Program-made: the position numbers and the translations under genes | Notes under the pieces: generated by a model | Database searches by the model: none | Seen by the model: the letters and a program-made list of their open reading frames with translations, nothing else | Told to the model about the DNA's origin: nothing | Shown: piece after piece, positions 10,510 to 20,175 of the stretch | Layout: each line of letters starts with the position of its first letter | Position numbering within the stretch: the first letter of the stretch is position 1 | NCBI RefSeq assembly: GCF_036507355.1 | Contig: NZ_AP027877.1 | Length of the DNA stretch: 64,000 nt | Source: Escherichia coli | GTDB lineage: Bacteria; Pseudomonadota; Gammaproteobacteria; Enterobacterales; Enterobacteriaceae | Reading direction: 5' to 3' (one strand)

Positions 10510-12038
10510 GACGCCTCCTGACGCTGACTATCGCCGAAGGCAACGCGCATAATAGTCTCGACATTAATATCGCGCCCGGTCAGTGCAGAGTGGGTAATTT
10601 CGCCCTGATGCATCACATACACACGATCTGCCATCAGTTCGATCTCTTCCAGGTCGGAGGAGATAAGCAGCACAGCCACATTTTGTGCGGCGATGCTGCG
10701 TAACAGCTGGTAGATATCATTACGGGCCGAGACATCCACGCCGCGCGTCGGCTCATCGACTATCAATACTTGCGGCGAGGCTTCCAGGCATTTGGCAATC
10801 AGGATTTTTTGCTGGTTGCCACCGGATAATGTCCGTGCAGCTTGTTCCGGTTGGTTAAATTTAATATTCAGCGCCCGACGATATCGTTCCAGGGTGGCAT
10901 TATCTTTCGCGGTTTTCGCCCAGAATCCACGAAGGTTATGAGTAAGGGCGCAGACGTTCCAGGCCAGCGAAGCATCGAGATTCAGTCCGGAGGACTGGCG
11001 ATCTTCCGGCAGATAAACGAGACCGCGCAGTAAACGTTCTCCAGTGGAGAATCTATTGATCTCTTTATCATTCAGCATAATGCGTCCGCCACGCAAAGTA
11101 CGTAGACCATAGAGCGTCTCGGCCAGTTCTGTGCGTCCGGCACCCACCAGCCCAGCCAGACCCAGAATTTCTCCGGCATTTAGCGTCAGGCTGACATTCC
11201 TGAAACCTTCGCCAGTCAGATTTTTCAGTGTCAGCACCGACGTTCCTGCGGCATGTTGTGGGCGGTTACCAGGTAACTCCAGCCATAATTTTTGGCTGGC
11301 AGAGAGCGATTTTTCCCGTACCACTGGCGTGATGGCCTGAATAATGTCGTCGGTAGACAGTTCGCTGGTTTTGCCGCTTAAGGCGATGGTTCCGTCGCGC
11401 ATCACGCTAATTCGATCGGCAATCTGGCGAATTTCCGGCAGCTTATGCGAGATAAAAACAATACCCACGCCAGTAGCAAGCAGCTCTTGCAAGCGACTAA
11501 ACAAGCGTTCGGTTTCCGCAGGGGTAAGCGAGGCGGTAGGTTCATCGAGGATCAGAATCCGCGAGTCGCGCATCAGCCCGCGGAGGATTTCCACCATTTG
11601 GCGATCGGCGACATCCAGCGATCCTGCCAGACTATGCAGATCAAACTGGCAGCCCAGCGCCGCCAGCAAGTTCTTCATTTTCTGCATGGAGAGCTGTTTT
11701 TTTGCCAGCCCAAACAGGATGTTTTCTTTTATCGACAGGCTTGGGAAAAGCAGCGGTTCCTGGGGAACGAGATAAATACCCAGCTGATGAGCATGAACTG
11801 GCGTTAATCTGGCGTAGTTGTTGCCCCCAATCTCCAGCGTACCGCTATCAGCAGGGGTAATACCGGCAATAATCTTCATTAACGTCGATTTACCGGCACC
11901 ATTGCCGCCGAGCAGGGCGTGGACCTCCCCCTGATGCAACGTAAAATCGATGCCTTTCAGGACATTGACCCCTGAATACTGTTTATAAACCGAGCGGGCG
12001 CAAAGTAGCGGTAACGCGCGGGTATCACTCGTTTGCAT
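10503..12038 (-). CDS. lsrA: AI-2 ABC transporter ATP-binding protein LsrA (511 aa, two nucleotide-binding domains)
   Basis: Two Walker A motifs ([18 protein letters not shown]) and ABC signature motifs; 7-bp overlap with lsrC. Confidence 0.9.
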   Translation of the reverse strand: MQTSDTRALPLLCARSVYKQYSGVNVLKGIDFTLHQGEVHALLGGNGAGKSTLMKIIAGITPADSGTLEIGGNNYARLTPVHAHQLGIYLVPQEPLLFPSLSIKENILFGLAKKQLSMQKMKNLLAALGCQFDLHSLAGSLDVADRQMVEILRGLMRDSRILILDEPTASLTPAETERLFSRLQELLATGVGIVFISHKLPEIRQIADRISVMRDGTIALSGKTSELSTDDIIQAITPVVREKSLSASQKLWLELPGNRPQHAAGTSVLTLKNLTGEGFRNVSLTLNAGEILGLAGLVGAGRTELAETLYGLRTLRGGRIMLNDKEINRFSTGERLLRGLVYLPEDRQSSGLNLDASLAWNVCALTHNLRGFWAKTAKDNATLERYRRALNIKFNQPEQAARTLSGGNQQKILIAKCLEASPQVLIVDEPTRGVDVSARNDIYQLLRSIAAQNVAVLLISSDLEEIELMADRVYVMHQGEITHSALTGRDINVETIMRVAFGDSQRQEASC

Positions 12039-12286
12039 ATTTCCCCCGTTCAGTTTTGCAGGTGAGTTTTGAACAAATGTATTTCTGCTTTTAATTTGTT
12101 CATAACCTTAGGTGGACATTGCACATATTTCCGACGAATAGATCACAATTTATGCTATTTTGATTTTCGCGGTTGCGTTTGTTCATGCTCGTAGAGTCAA
12201 ACTGTGGTTGCCATCACAGATATAAATGCGCAAGAACTGAACAATTGCATTAAAGATTTAAATATGTTCAAAGTGAAGAATGAATT
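12039..12286. promoter_or_regulatory. divergent lsrA / lsrR promoter region
   Basis: 248-bp AT-rich intergenic region between divergent lsrA and lsrR; inverted repeat TGAACAAAT-N15-ATTTGTTCA at 12070-12102 is a candidate operator. Confidence 0.55.
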
Positions 12287-13240
12287 ATGACAATCAACGA
12301 TTCGGTAATTTCAGAACAGGGAATGTGTGAAGAAGAACAGGTCGCGCGGATCGCGTGGTTTTACTACCACGACGGGCTGACCCAGAGTGAGATCAGCGAT
12401 CGTCTCGGCCTGACCCGTTTGAAAGTGTCGCGATTACTGGAGAAAGGGCATCAGTCCGGCATCATTCGCGTGCAGATTAATTCTCGCTTTGAAGGCTGTC
12501 TGGAATATGAAACACAATTACGTCGTCAGTTTTCGCTGCAACATGTCCGGGTGATCCCTGGGCTTGCGGATGCTGATGTCGGCGGGCGACTGGGGATAGG
12601 CGCGGCGCATATGTTGATGAGTTTACTTCAACCACAACAGATGCTGGCGATTGGTTTTGGCGAGGCAACCATGAATTCGCTGCAACGCTTAAGTGGTTTT
12701 ATTTCGTCACAGCAAATTCGCCTGGTCACGCTCTCCGGTGGCGTCGGTTCCTATATGACGGGTATCGGGCAGCTTAACGCGGCGTGCAGTGTGAATATTA
12801 TTCCGGCTCCGTTGCGGGCATCCTCCGCTGACATTGCCCGTACGCTAAAAAATGAAAATTGCGTCAAAGATGTTCTGTTAGCCGCGCAAGCAGCGGATGT
12901 GGCGATTGTCGGCATTGGGGCCGTGAGTCAACAAGACGACGCGACGATCATTCGCTCCGGTTATATCAGCCAGGGCGAACAGTTAATGATTGGCCGAAAA
13001 GGGGCGGTTGGCGACATTTTAGGCTACTTTTTTGATGCAAAAGGTGACGTTGTCACGGATATTAAAATACATAACGAACTGATTGGCTTACCTTTAAGCG
13101 CGCTGAAGACCATACCCGTCCGGGTTGGCGTGGCAGGGGGAGAAAATAAAGCCGAAGCAATTGCCGCTGCAATGAAAGGCGGTTATATCAACGCACTGGT
13201 TACCGATCAGGACACAGCAGCGGCGATTTTACGTAGTTAA
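12287..13240 (+). CDS. lsrR: lsr operon repressor LsrR (317 aa, SorC/DeoR-type)
   Basis: 317-aa [54 protein letters not shown]...; HTH followed by sugar-phosphate-binding domain. Confidence 0.9.
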   Translation: MTINDSVISEQGMCEEEQVARIAWFYYHDGLTQSEISDRLGLTRLKVSRLLEKGHQSGIIRVQINSRFEGCLEYETQLRRQFSLQHVRVIPGLADADVGGRLGIGAAHMLMSLLQPQQMLAIGFGEATMNSLQRLSGFISSQQIRLVTLSGGVGSYMTGIGQLNAACSVNIIPAPLRASSADIARTLKNENCVKDVLLAAQAADVAIVGIGAVSQQDDATIIRSGYISQGEQLMIGRKGAVGDILGYFFDAKGDVVTDIKIHNELIGLPLSALKTIPVRVGVAGGENKAEAIAAAMKGGYINALVTDQDTAAAILRS

Positions 13241-13318
13241 ATTTGCATGACCTTATTACCGGGAATGATGGAGAACGTATAGAGGAACAGACAGAACGCA
13301 TAAGCCGAGGATAATCTA

Positions 13319-14848
13319 ATGGCTCGACTCTTTACCCCTTCAGAATCAAAGTATTACCTGATGGCGCTGGATGCAGGCACCGGAAGTATTCGGGCTGTGA
13401 TATTCGACCTGGAAGGCAATCAAATAGCAGTGGGACAGGCGGAGTGGCGGCATCTGGCAGTACCGGACGTTCCTGGTTCTATGGAATTTGATCTCAACAA
13501 AAACTGGCAACTGGCGTGTGAGTGTATGCGCCAGGCGCTGCACAACGCCGGCATAGCCCCGGAGTATATCGCTGCCGTTTCGGCATGTTCGATGCGTGAA
13601 GGCATTGTTTTATATAACAATGAAGGAACACCGATCTGGGCCTGCGCCAATGTGGATGCCAGAGCGGCGCGCGAAGTTAGCGAACTTAAAGAACTGCACA
13701 ACAATACCTTTGAAAACGAAGTTTATCGCGCGACCGGACAAACGCTGGCTTTAAGTGCCATCCCCAGATTACTTTGGCTGGCCTATATGCTCAGCGGCGA
13801 ACTTGCGGTGGATCCCTCTAACGCTGGCACCACGGGACTTCTTGATCTAACCATCCGTGACTGGAAACCTGCATTGCTGGATATGGCTGGCCTGCGTGCC
13901 GATATTCTTTCTCCTGTCAAAGAAACCGGCACATTGCTGGGCGTGGTAAGTTCACAAGCGGCGGAACTCTGCGGTCTGAAGGCGGGCACTCCGGTGGTCG
14001 TTGGAGGAGGCGACGTGCAGCTTGGTTGCCTGGGGTTAGGCGTTGTGCGTCCGGCACAAACCGCGGTTCTTGGCGGCACATTCTGGCAGCAAGTTGTAAA
14101 TTTAGCCGCGCCGGTGACAGACCCAGAAATGAACGTGCGCGTTAATCCTCATGTTATTCCTGGCATGGTACAAGCTGAATCTATAAGCTTTTTTACCGGA
14201 CTCACCATGCGCTGGTTCCGCGATGCTTTCTGTGCCGAAGAAAAACTGATTGCCGAACGTTTAGGCATCGACACCTATACGCTGCTGGAAGAGATGGCCA
14301 GTCGGGTGCCGCCTGGGTCGTGGGGCGTAATGCCGATCTTCTCCGACAGAATGCGCTTTAAAACCTGGTATCACGCTGCGCCTTCCTTTATTAACTTGTC
14401 CATTGACCCGGATAAATGTAACAAAGCGACATTGTTCCGTGCGCTGGAAGAAAATGCGGCGATTGTATCAGCGTGTAACTTGCAGCAAATTGCTGATTTC
14501 TCGAATATTCATCCTTCATCGTTAGTCTTTGCAGGCGGAGGTTCAAAAGGGAAATTATGGAGTCAAATTCTCGCTGATGTCTCGGGATTACCCGTCAATA
14601 TTCCGGTAGTCAAAGAAGCCACCGCATTAGGATGTGCCATTGCAGCTGGCGTCGGTGCCGGAATTTTTTCATCAATGGCAGAAAACGGAGAACGCCTGGT
14701 TCGCTGGGAACGGACGCACACACCAGACCCAGAAAAGCATGAACTTTATCAGGATTCACGCGATAAGTGGCAGGCAGTTTATCAGGATCAGCTGGGGCTG
14801 GTTGATCATGGACTGACGACGTCGTTATGGAAAGCGCCTGGGTTATAG
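13319..14848 (+). CDS. lsrK: autoinducer-2 kinase LsrK (FGGY carbohydrate kinase), 509 aa here
   Basis: FGGY-kinase N-terminus ([13 protein letters not shown]), lsrRK context; in-frame stop immediately upstream of the ATG at 13319. Shorter than the ~530 aa I recall for K-12. Confidence 0.85.
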   Translation: MARLFTPSESKYYLMALDAGTGSIRAVIFDLEGNQIAVGQAEWRHLAVPDVPGSMEFDLNKNWQLACECMRQALHNAGIAPEYIAAVSACSMREGIVLYNNEGTPIWACANVDARAAREVSELKELHNNTFENEVYRATGQTLALSAIPRLLWLAYMLSGELAVDPSNAGTTGLLDLTIRDWKPALLDMAGLRADILSPVKETGTLLGVVSSQAAELCGLKAGTPVVVGGGDVQLGCLGLGVVRPAQTAVLGGTFWQQVVNLAAPVTDPEMNVRVNPHVIPGMVQAESISFFTGLTMRWFRDAFCAEEKLIAERLGIDTYTLLEEMASRVPPGSWGVMPIFSDRMRFKTWYHAAPSFINLSIDPDKCNKATLFRALEENAAIVSACNLQQIADFSNIHPSSLVFAGGGSKGKLWSQILADVSGLPVNIPVVKEATALGCAIAAGVGAGIFSSMAENGERLVRWERTHTPDPEKHELYQDSRDKWQAVYQDQLGLVDHGLTTSLWKAPGL

Positions 14849-15060
14849 TTTCATTGACAGCCACATCATGATGACCGTGGCTGTTAGTTTTTGAGTATAG
14901 TTATTCTTATTTCCCTTCTTTTAGAGCTGGCTTGTTAAATGCCAGCTTGCAGATTCATCGTTCCATCACCAGTACTATATTCAAGGGAAAATTGCTATTT
15001 TTCTTGGTGATGCTGCCAACTTACTGATTTAGTGTATGATGGTGTTTTTGAGGTGCTCCA

Positions 15061-15336
15061 GTGGCTTCTGTTTCTATCAGCTGTCCCTCCTGTTCAGCTA
15101 CTGACGGGGTGGTGCGTAACGGCAAAAGCACCGCCGGACATCAGCGCTATCTCTGCTCTCACTGCCGTAAAACATGGCAACTGCAGTTCACTTACACCGC
15201 TTCTCAACCCGGTACGCACCAGAAAATCATTGATATGGCCATGAATGGCGTTGGATGCCGGGCAACAGCCCGCATTATGGGCGTTGGCCTCAACACGATT
15301 TTACGTCACTTAAAAAACTCAGGCCGCAGTCGGTAA
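15061..15336 (+). CDS. insA: IS1 InsA (91 aa)
   Basis: [43 protein letters not shown]... zinc-finger/HTH InsA. Confidence 0.95.
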
Positions 15337-15758
15337 CCTCGCGCATACAGCCGGGCAGTGACGTCATCGTCTGCGCGGAAATGGACGAACAGTGGGGCTA
15401 TGTCGGGGCTAAATCGCGCCAGCGCTGGCTGTTTTACGCGTATGACAGGCTCCGGAAGACGGTTGTTGCGCACGTATTCGGTGAACGCACGATGGCGACG
15501 CTGGGGCGTCTTATGAGCCTGCTGTCACCCTTTGACGTGGTGATATGGATGACGGATGGCTGGCCGCTGTATGAATCCCGCCTGAAGGGAAAGCTGCACG
15601 TAATCAGCAAGCGATATACGCAGCGAATTGAGCGGCATAACCTGAATCTGAGGCAGCACCTGGCACGGCTGGGACGGAAGTCGCTGTCGTTCTCAAAATC
15701 GGTGGAGCTGCATGACAAAGTCATCGGGCATTATCTGAACATAAAACACTATCAATAA
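15255..15758 (+). CDS. insB: IS1 InsB reading frame (167 aa; the transposase InsAB' is made by -1 frameshift at the A-run near 15310)
   Basis: Canonical InsB sequence; TTAAAAAAC slippery run in the insA/insB overlap. Confidence 0.9.
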
Positions 15759-15773
15759 GTTGGAGTCATTACC

Positions 15774-17755
15774 GGAATTTCCTCGGAACGGGCGAAGCTT
15801 TCCGCTATATCTATATCGGTGATGCTGGCGATGGTGAACTTAATGTCTCGAGTGAAGGCAAAGTAGATTCGGGAATTATCACTGCGGGGATGAAAGAAAC
15901 AGGCACAGGCAACATTACTGTTAAGGATAAGAACTCCGTTATCACTAATCTCGGAACTAATCTTGGTTATGACGGCCACGGCAAAATGAATATCAGTAAT
16001 GAGGGGCTTGTTGTCAGCAACGGAGGAAGCTCTCTCGGTTATGGAGAAACCGGCGTCGGGAAGGTTAGCATCACCACGGGGGGGATATGGGAGGTCAATA
16101 AGAATGTCTATACCACCATTGGTGTTGCGGGCGTCGGAAACCTCAATATTAGCGATGGCGGTAAGTTCGTATCGCAAAATATTACTTTTTTGGGCGATAA
16201 AGCAAGCGGTATCGGCACTCTGAACCTGATGGATGCGACATCATCGTTCGATACTGTGGGTATCAATGTCGGTAATTTTGGTAGCGGTATCGTAAATGTC
16301 AGTAATGGTGCCACCCTTAATTCAACGGGCTATGGATTTATCGGAGGAAATACCTCCGGTAAGGGGATAGTTAATATTTCAACGGATAGTCTCTGGAATT
16401 TAAAGACATCATCTACTAACGCCCAATTGCTACAGGTCGGTGTATTAGGCACGGGTGAACTGAATATTACCACCGGAGGTATAGTTAAAGCGCGTGATAC
16501 ACAGATAGCTCTCAATGACAAAAGTAAGGGCGACGTGAGGGTGGATGGGCAGAACTCTCTTCTTGAAACATTCAATATGTACGTAGGGACATCTGGTACG
16601 GGTACGTTAACCCTGACGAATAGCGGCACGCTGAATGTCGAAGGTGGAGAAGTTTACTTAGGTGTTTTTGAACCTGCTGTAGGAACGCTAAACATTGGTG
16701 CAGCTCACGGTGAGGCGGCGGCAGATGCCGGGTATATAACCAACGCGACGAAAGTAGAGTTTGGTTCTGGCGAAGGTGTTTTTGTCTTTAATCATACTAA
16801 TAACAGTGATGCCGGCTACCAGGTCGATATGCTGATTACAGGTGACGATAAAGACGGAAAAGTGATCCATGATGCAGGCCATACGGTGTTCAATGCAGGG
16901 AATACTTATAGCGGTAAAACGCTGGTCAATGACGGCATCCTGACCATTGCGTCTCATACGGCAGATGGGGTAACGGGCATGGGTTCGAGTGAAGTAACCA
17001 TTGCAAGCCCCGGTACGCTCGACATTCTCGCATCAACGAACAGTGCAGGAGATTACACGCTGACCAATGCGCTCAAAGGCGATGGCTTGATGCGAGTGCA
17101 GCTGTCATCCTCCGACAAGATGTTTGGCTTTACCCATGCAACAGGGACTGAATTCGCCGGTGTTGCCCAAGTGAAAGACAGTACCTTCACTCTGGAACGC
17201 GACAACACCGCTGCGCTTACTCACGCGATGTTGCAGTCTGACAGTGAAAATACCACATCGGTAAAAGTTGGAGAGCAATCCATTGGTGGACTGGCCATGA
17301 ATGGAGGTACCCTCATTTTCGATATCCAGGTCTTTCAGTGGTTGATTGGCGCAACGGATGGCCATGCAAAAAACTTCTCCGTATTTATTCAGGCTGGCGG
17401 CAGTTATCGACTCACGCCATTTTACGACATCATTTCAGCATTTCCGGTATTGGGTGGCGCGGGAATACACATCAGCGATCTCAAACTGGCAATGGGGCTT
17501 AACGCATCCAAAGGCAAAAAAACGGCAATCGATAAAATTTATCCGCGACATTTTTTGGCGACAGCAAAGGTGCTGAGATTCCCGGAAGTGCAGATGCATG
17601 AAATCCTGAGTGACTTTGCCAGAATGATTCCGGCAGCACTGGATAACGTGAAGACTTCATTACCGACAGATTTTCCAGAGAACGTGGTGACGGCAGTTGA
17701 AACCAATGTGTTGAGGTTGCACGGTCGGTTAAGCCGAGAATACGGTATTAAGTAA
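15774..17755 (+). pseudogene. chimeric remnant: AIDA-like autotransporter passenger fragment (ydeK/yneO-like, 5' end removed by IS1, no beta-barrel domain) fused in frame to the 3' end of hipA
   Basis: N-terminal ~480 codons are Gly/Thr/Asn/Ser-rich beta-helix repeats; the last ~142 codons are the HipA C-terminus. Confidence 0.7.
17327..17755 (+). pseudogene. hipA: hipA 3' fragment (C-terminal ~142 codons of the HipA kinase toxin, including the catalytic loop); hipB and the hipA 5' part are absent
   Basis: QVFQWLIGATDGHAKNFSVFIQAGGSYRLTPFYDIISAFPVLGG...RLHGRLSREYGIK matches the HipA C-terminus; the N-terminal domain and ATP-binding region are not upstream. Confidence 0.75.
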
Positions 17756-18008
17756 GAGTAAGATATGGGGTTTGGTCGTTGTTAATGAGCAGGACAATCA
17801 TGACCGCCAACGACTAGATTCTTCCTTGGTTTATGTTGGTGCGCATAATGTATATTATGTTAAATCACCTACTGTGGTAAATAAGTTCATATGACACTCC
17901 CACTAACTGATAAATCAATACGTTAGGATTTCTGATCTCCCTCTCGTTTCTTGCATTAGGTACAGAGTACATTCTCTTCATATCCATGATAATTTTGAGG
18001 TAAATATT

Positions 18009-18720
18009 GTGTATTCACTAAAGCAGTTGGTTATCTCAGGCCGTAAAAGGCGATGGATCCTGATGGACTTGGAAACCTCTCTGCCGTTGCTGTATCCCCT
18101 TAGGTACCATATTGACCATTTGGCTTTCCGCTCATTGTCCACACAGTCAGCTTCACTTCAATCTGTGAAGTTTTTTTACGAATTCTGGAGGCAAAAGTAT
18201 GGTGTCTCGTTTTGCTACAGCTTCTATTCATCTGACCACAATCCAGACATTGCTGTCGGTGAAATGCCCGCATTTTGGATGTATCTAGAAAATGGCCACA
18301 ACGTCCAGTCAAATGTGTTGTCTTTAACGAGAGTCACAAAAGCCAATAGCTTAACTCATACAGTTAGAGTTCGTGCTGTGATCCATTTCATTTCTTTTTT
18401 GATTAACACCTACATATCACCTGCATACCGGGATGACTCTCCCAAAGCATTATCACTTTTGGCTTCGCGTTTACACACCCGTTTACAGCTTTGCCGGGAG
18501 AATTATCGAACGCTTACATCAAACAAATTTTCGCAACATAGTCACAGCAGCCAAGGATTTCAGAGTTTGTCTGGGGCAATGGTGCTCAGCCTGTATGGAA
18601 TAATAACCCCCTCTTCTGCCCAAAAGCATAACCCGCTAAATCCTTTCCCTTCCGGGCATCTTCAGTTCCGCAATTTTTTGATTATTCGTCTGTTGTTAAA
18701 TTATGGTTTACGAACAGGTG
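18009..18720 (+). pseudogene. tyrosine recombinase / phage-integrase-family gene, N-terminal fragment truncated by IS1
   Basis: AT-rich ORF with an integrase-like N-terminal motif (LQSVKFFYEFW) and the start of a box-I-like motif (LLLNYGLRTGG) just before the IS1 boundary. Weak assignment, no search run. Confidence 0.35.
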
Positions 18721-18775
18721 GGTGATGCTGCCAACTTACTGATTTAGTGTATGATGGTGTTTTTGAGGTGCTCCA

Positions 18776-19051
18776 GTGGCTTCTGTTTCTATCAGCTGTC
18801 CCTCCTGTTCAGCTACTGACGGGGTGGTGCGTAACGGCAAAAGCACCGCCGGACATCAGCGCTATCTCTGCTCTCACTGCCGTAAAACATGGCAACTGCA
18901 GTTCACTTACACCGCTTCTCAACCCGGTACGCACCAGAAAATCATTGATATGGTCATGAATGGCGTTGGATGCCGGGCAACAGCCCGCATTATGGGCGTT
19001 GGCCTCAACACGATTTTACGTCACTTAAAAAACTCAGGCCGCAGTCGGTAA
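18776..19051 (+). CDS. insA: IS1 InsA (91 aa)
   Basis: Identical to copy-1 InsA except one residue (MVMNG vs MAMNG). Confidence 0.95.
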   Translation: MASVSISCPSCSATDGVVRNGKSTAGHQRYLCSHCRKTWQLQFTYTASQPGTHQKIIDMVMNGVGCRATARIMGVGLNTILRHLKNSGRSR

Positions 19052-19473
19052 CCTCGCGCATACAGCCGGGCAGTGACGTCATCGTCTGCGCGGAAATGGA
19101 CGAACAGTGGGGCTATGTCGGGGCTAAATCGCGCCAGCGCTGGCTGTTTTACGCGTATGACAGGCTCCGGAAGACGGTTGTTGCGCACGTATTCGGTGAA
19201 CGCACGATGGCGACGCTGGGGCATCTTATGAGCCTGCTGTCACCCTTTGACGTGGTGATATGGATGACGGATGGCTGGCCGCTGTATGAATCCCGCCTGA
19301 AGGGAAAGCTGCACGTAATCAGCAAGCGATATACGCAGCGAATTGAGCGGCATAACCTGAATCTGAGGCAGCACCTGGCACGGCTGGGACGGAAGTCGCT
19401 GTCGTTCTCAAAATCGGTGGAGCTGCATGACAAAGTCATCGGGCATTATCTGAACATAAAACACTATCAATAA
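18970..19473 (+). CDS. insB: IS1 InsB reading frame (167 aa)
   Basis: Identical to copy-1 InsB except one residue (LGHLMS vs LGRLMS). Confidence 0.9.
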   Translation: MPGNSPHYGRWPQHDFTSLKKLRPQSVTSRIQPGSDVIVCAEMDEQWGYVGAKSRQRWLFYAYDRLRKTVVAHVFGERTMATLGHLMSLLSPFDVVIWMTDGWPLYESRLKGKLHVISKRYTQRIERHNLNLRQHLARLGRKSLSFSKSVELHDKVIGHYLNIKHYQ

Positions 19474-19488
19474 GTTGGAGTCATTACC

Positions 19489-20134
19489 TGCTTGCCATAG
19501 CACCGTTGCCAACGCAGCTGTCGCACTGGGTGCGACTCGGGTAATTTATCCGGAAAACCAGAAACAGGTTTTATTGCCTGTCACGAATAATGATCCTGCC
19601 AGTGTCTATCTCATTCAGTCATGGATAGAAAATGCAGGTGACCAAAAAGACACCCAGTTTGTCATTACCCCACCGCTTTTTTCCATGCAAGGTAAAAAAG
19701 AGAATACGCTGCGGATAATCAACGCCACTAATCATCAGTTACCAGGCGACCGTGAAAGCCTGTTCTGGGTGAATGTTAAAGCTATTCCTGCTATGGAAAA
19801 AGACCAGAAGAATGAGAATACATTACAGCTGGCAATTATTAGCCGCATAAAAATGTTTTATCGCCCCACGAACCTGGCAATGGCACCTGAAGAAGCGCAT
19901 GCAATGCTTCGGTTTCGTCGCAGCGGTAGCAAACTCACTCTTATTAATCCAACGCCCTACTTCATTACCGTAACAAATATGAAAGCAGGAAATAGCAATC
20001 TCCCAAACACCATGGTGCCGCCAAAAGGTGAAGTGTCGGTGGATATCCCGCATGCTGCCACCGGGGATATCAGTTTTCAGACGATCAATGATTACGGCGC
20101 ATTAACTCCGCGTATTAAGGCAACCATGCAGTAA
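19489..20134 (+). pseudogene. periplasmic fimbrial chaperone (PapD/FimC family), 5' end and signal-peptide region removed by IS1
   Basis: Reading frame opens directly at the IS1 end with a mature chaperone N-terminus (..RVIYPENQKQ..) and immunoglobulin-like chaperone domains; no own start codon or promoter. Confidence 0.75.
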
Positions 20135-20175
20135 GCCAGTGACCTAATTAATAATAAACTCAATCGGAATTAATA

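Larger units (their letters stand above)
15006..15773 (+). mobile_element. IS1 insertion sequence, copy 1 (768 bp)
   Basis: Starts GGTGATGCTGCCAACTTACTGAT, ends ...AAGTTGGAGTCATTACC; insA and insB in the canonical arrangement; no matching 9-bp flanking duplication. Confidence 0.95.
18721..19488 (+). mobile_element. IS1 insertion sequence, copy 2 (768 bp), same orientation as copy 1
   Basis: Same termini as copy 1; differs at 2 positions (InsA A/V and InsB R/H substitutions); no matching flanking duplication. Confidence 0.95.

Noticed and set aside
12039-12286. A specific CRP site in the lsr intergenic region
   Set aside because: TGTGA and TCACA half-site-like sequences are present near 12130-12150, but I could not convincingly fit a TGTGA-N6-TCACA site by eye, so only the region as a whole is annotated.
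15752-16177. 141-aa minus-strand ORF overlapping the IS1 end and the autotransporter fragment
   Set aside because: Opposite strand of a repeat-rich passenger-domain remnant; starts inside the IS1 terminus; no RBS or domain support.
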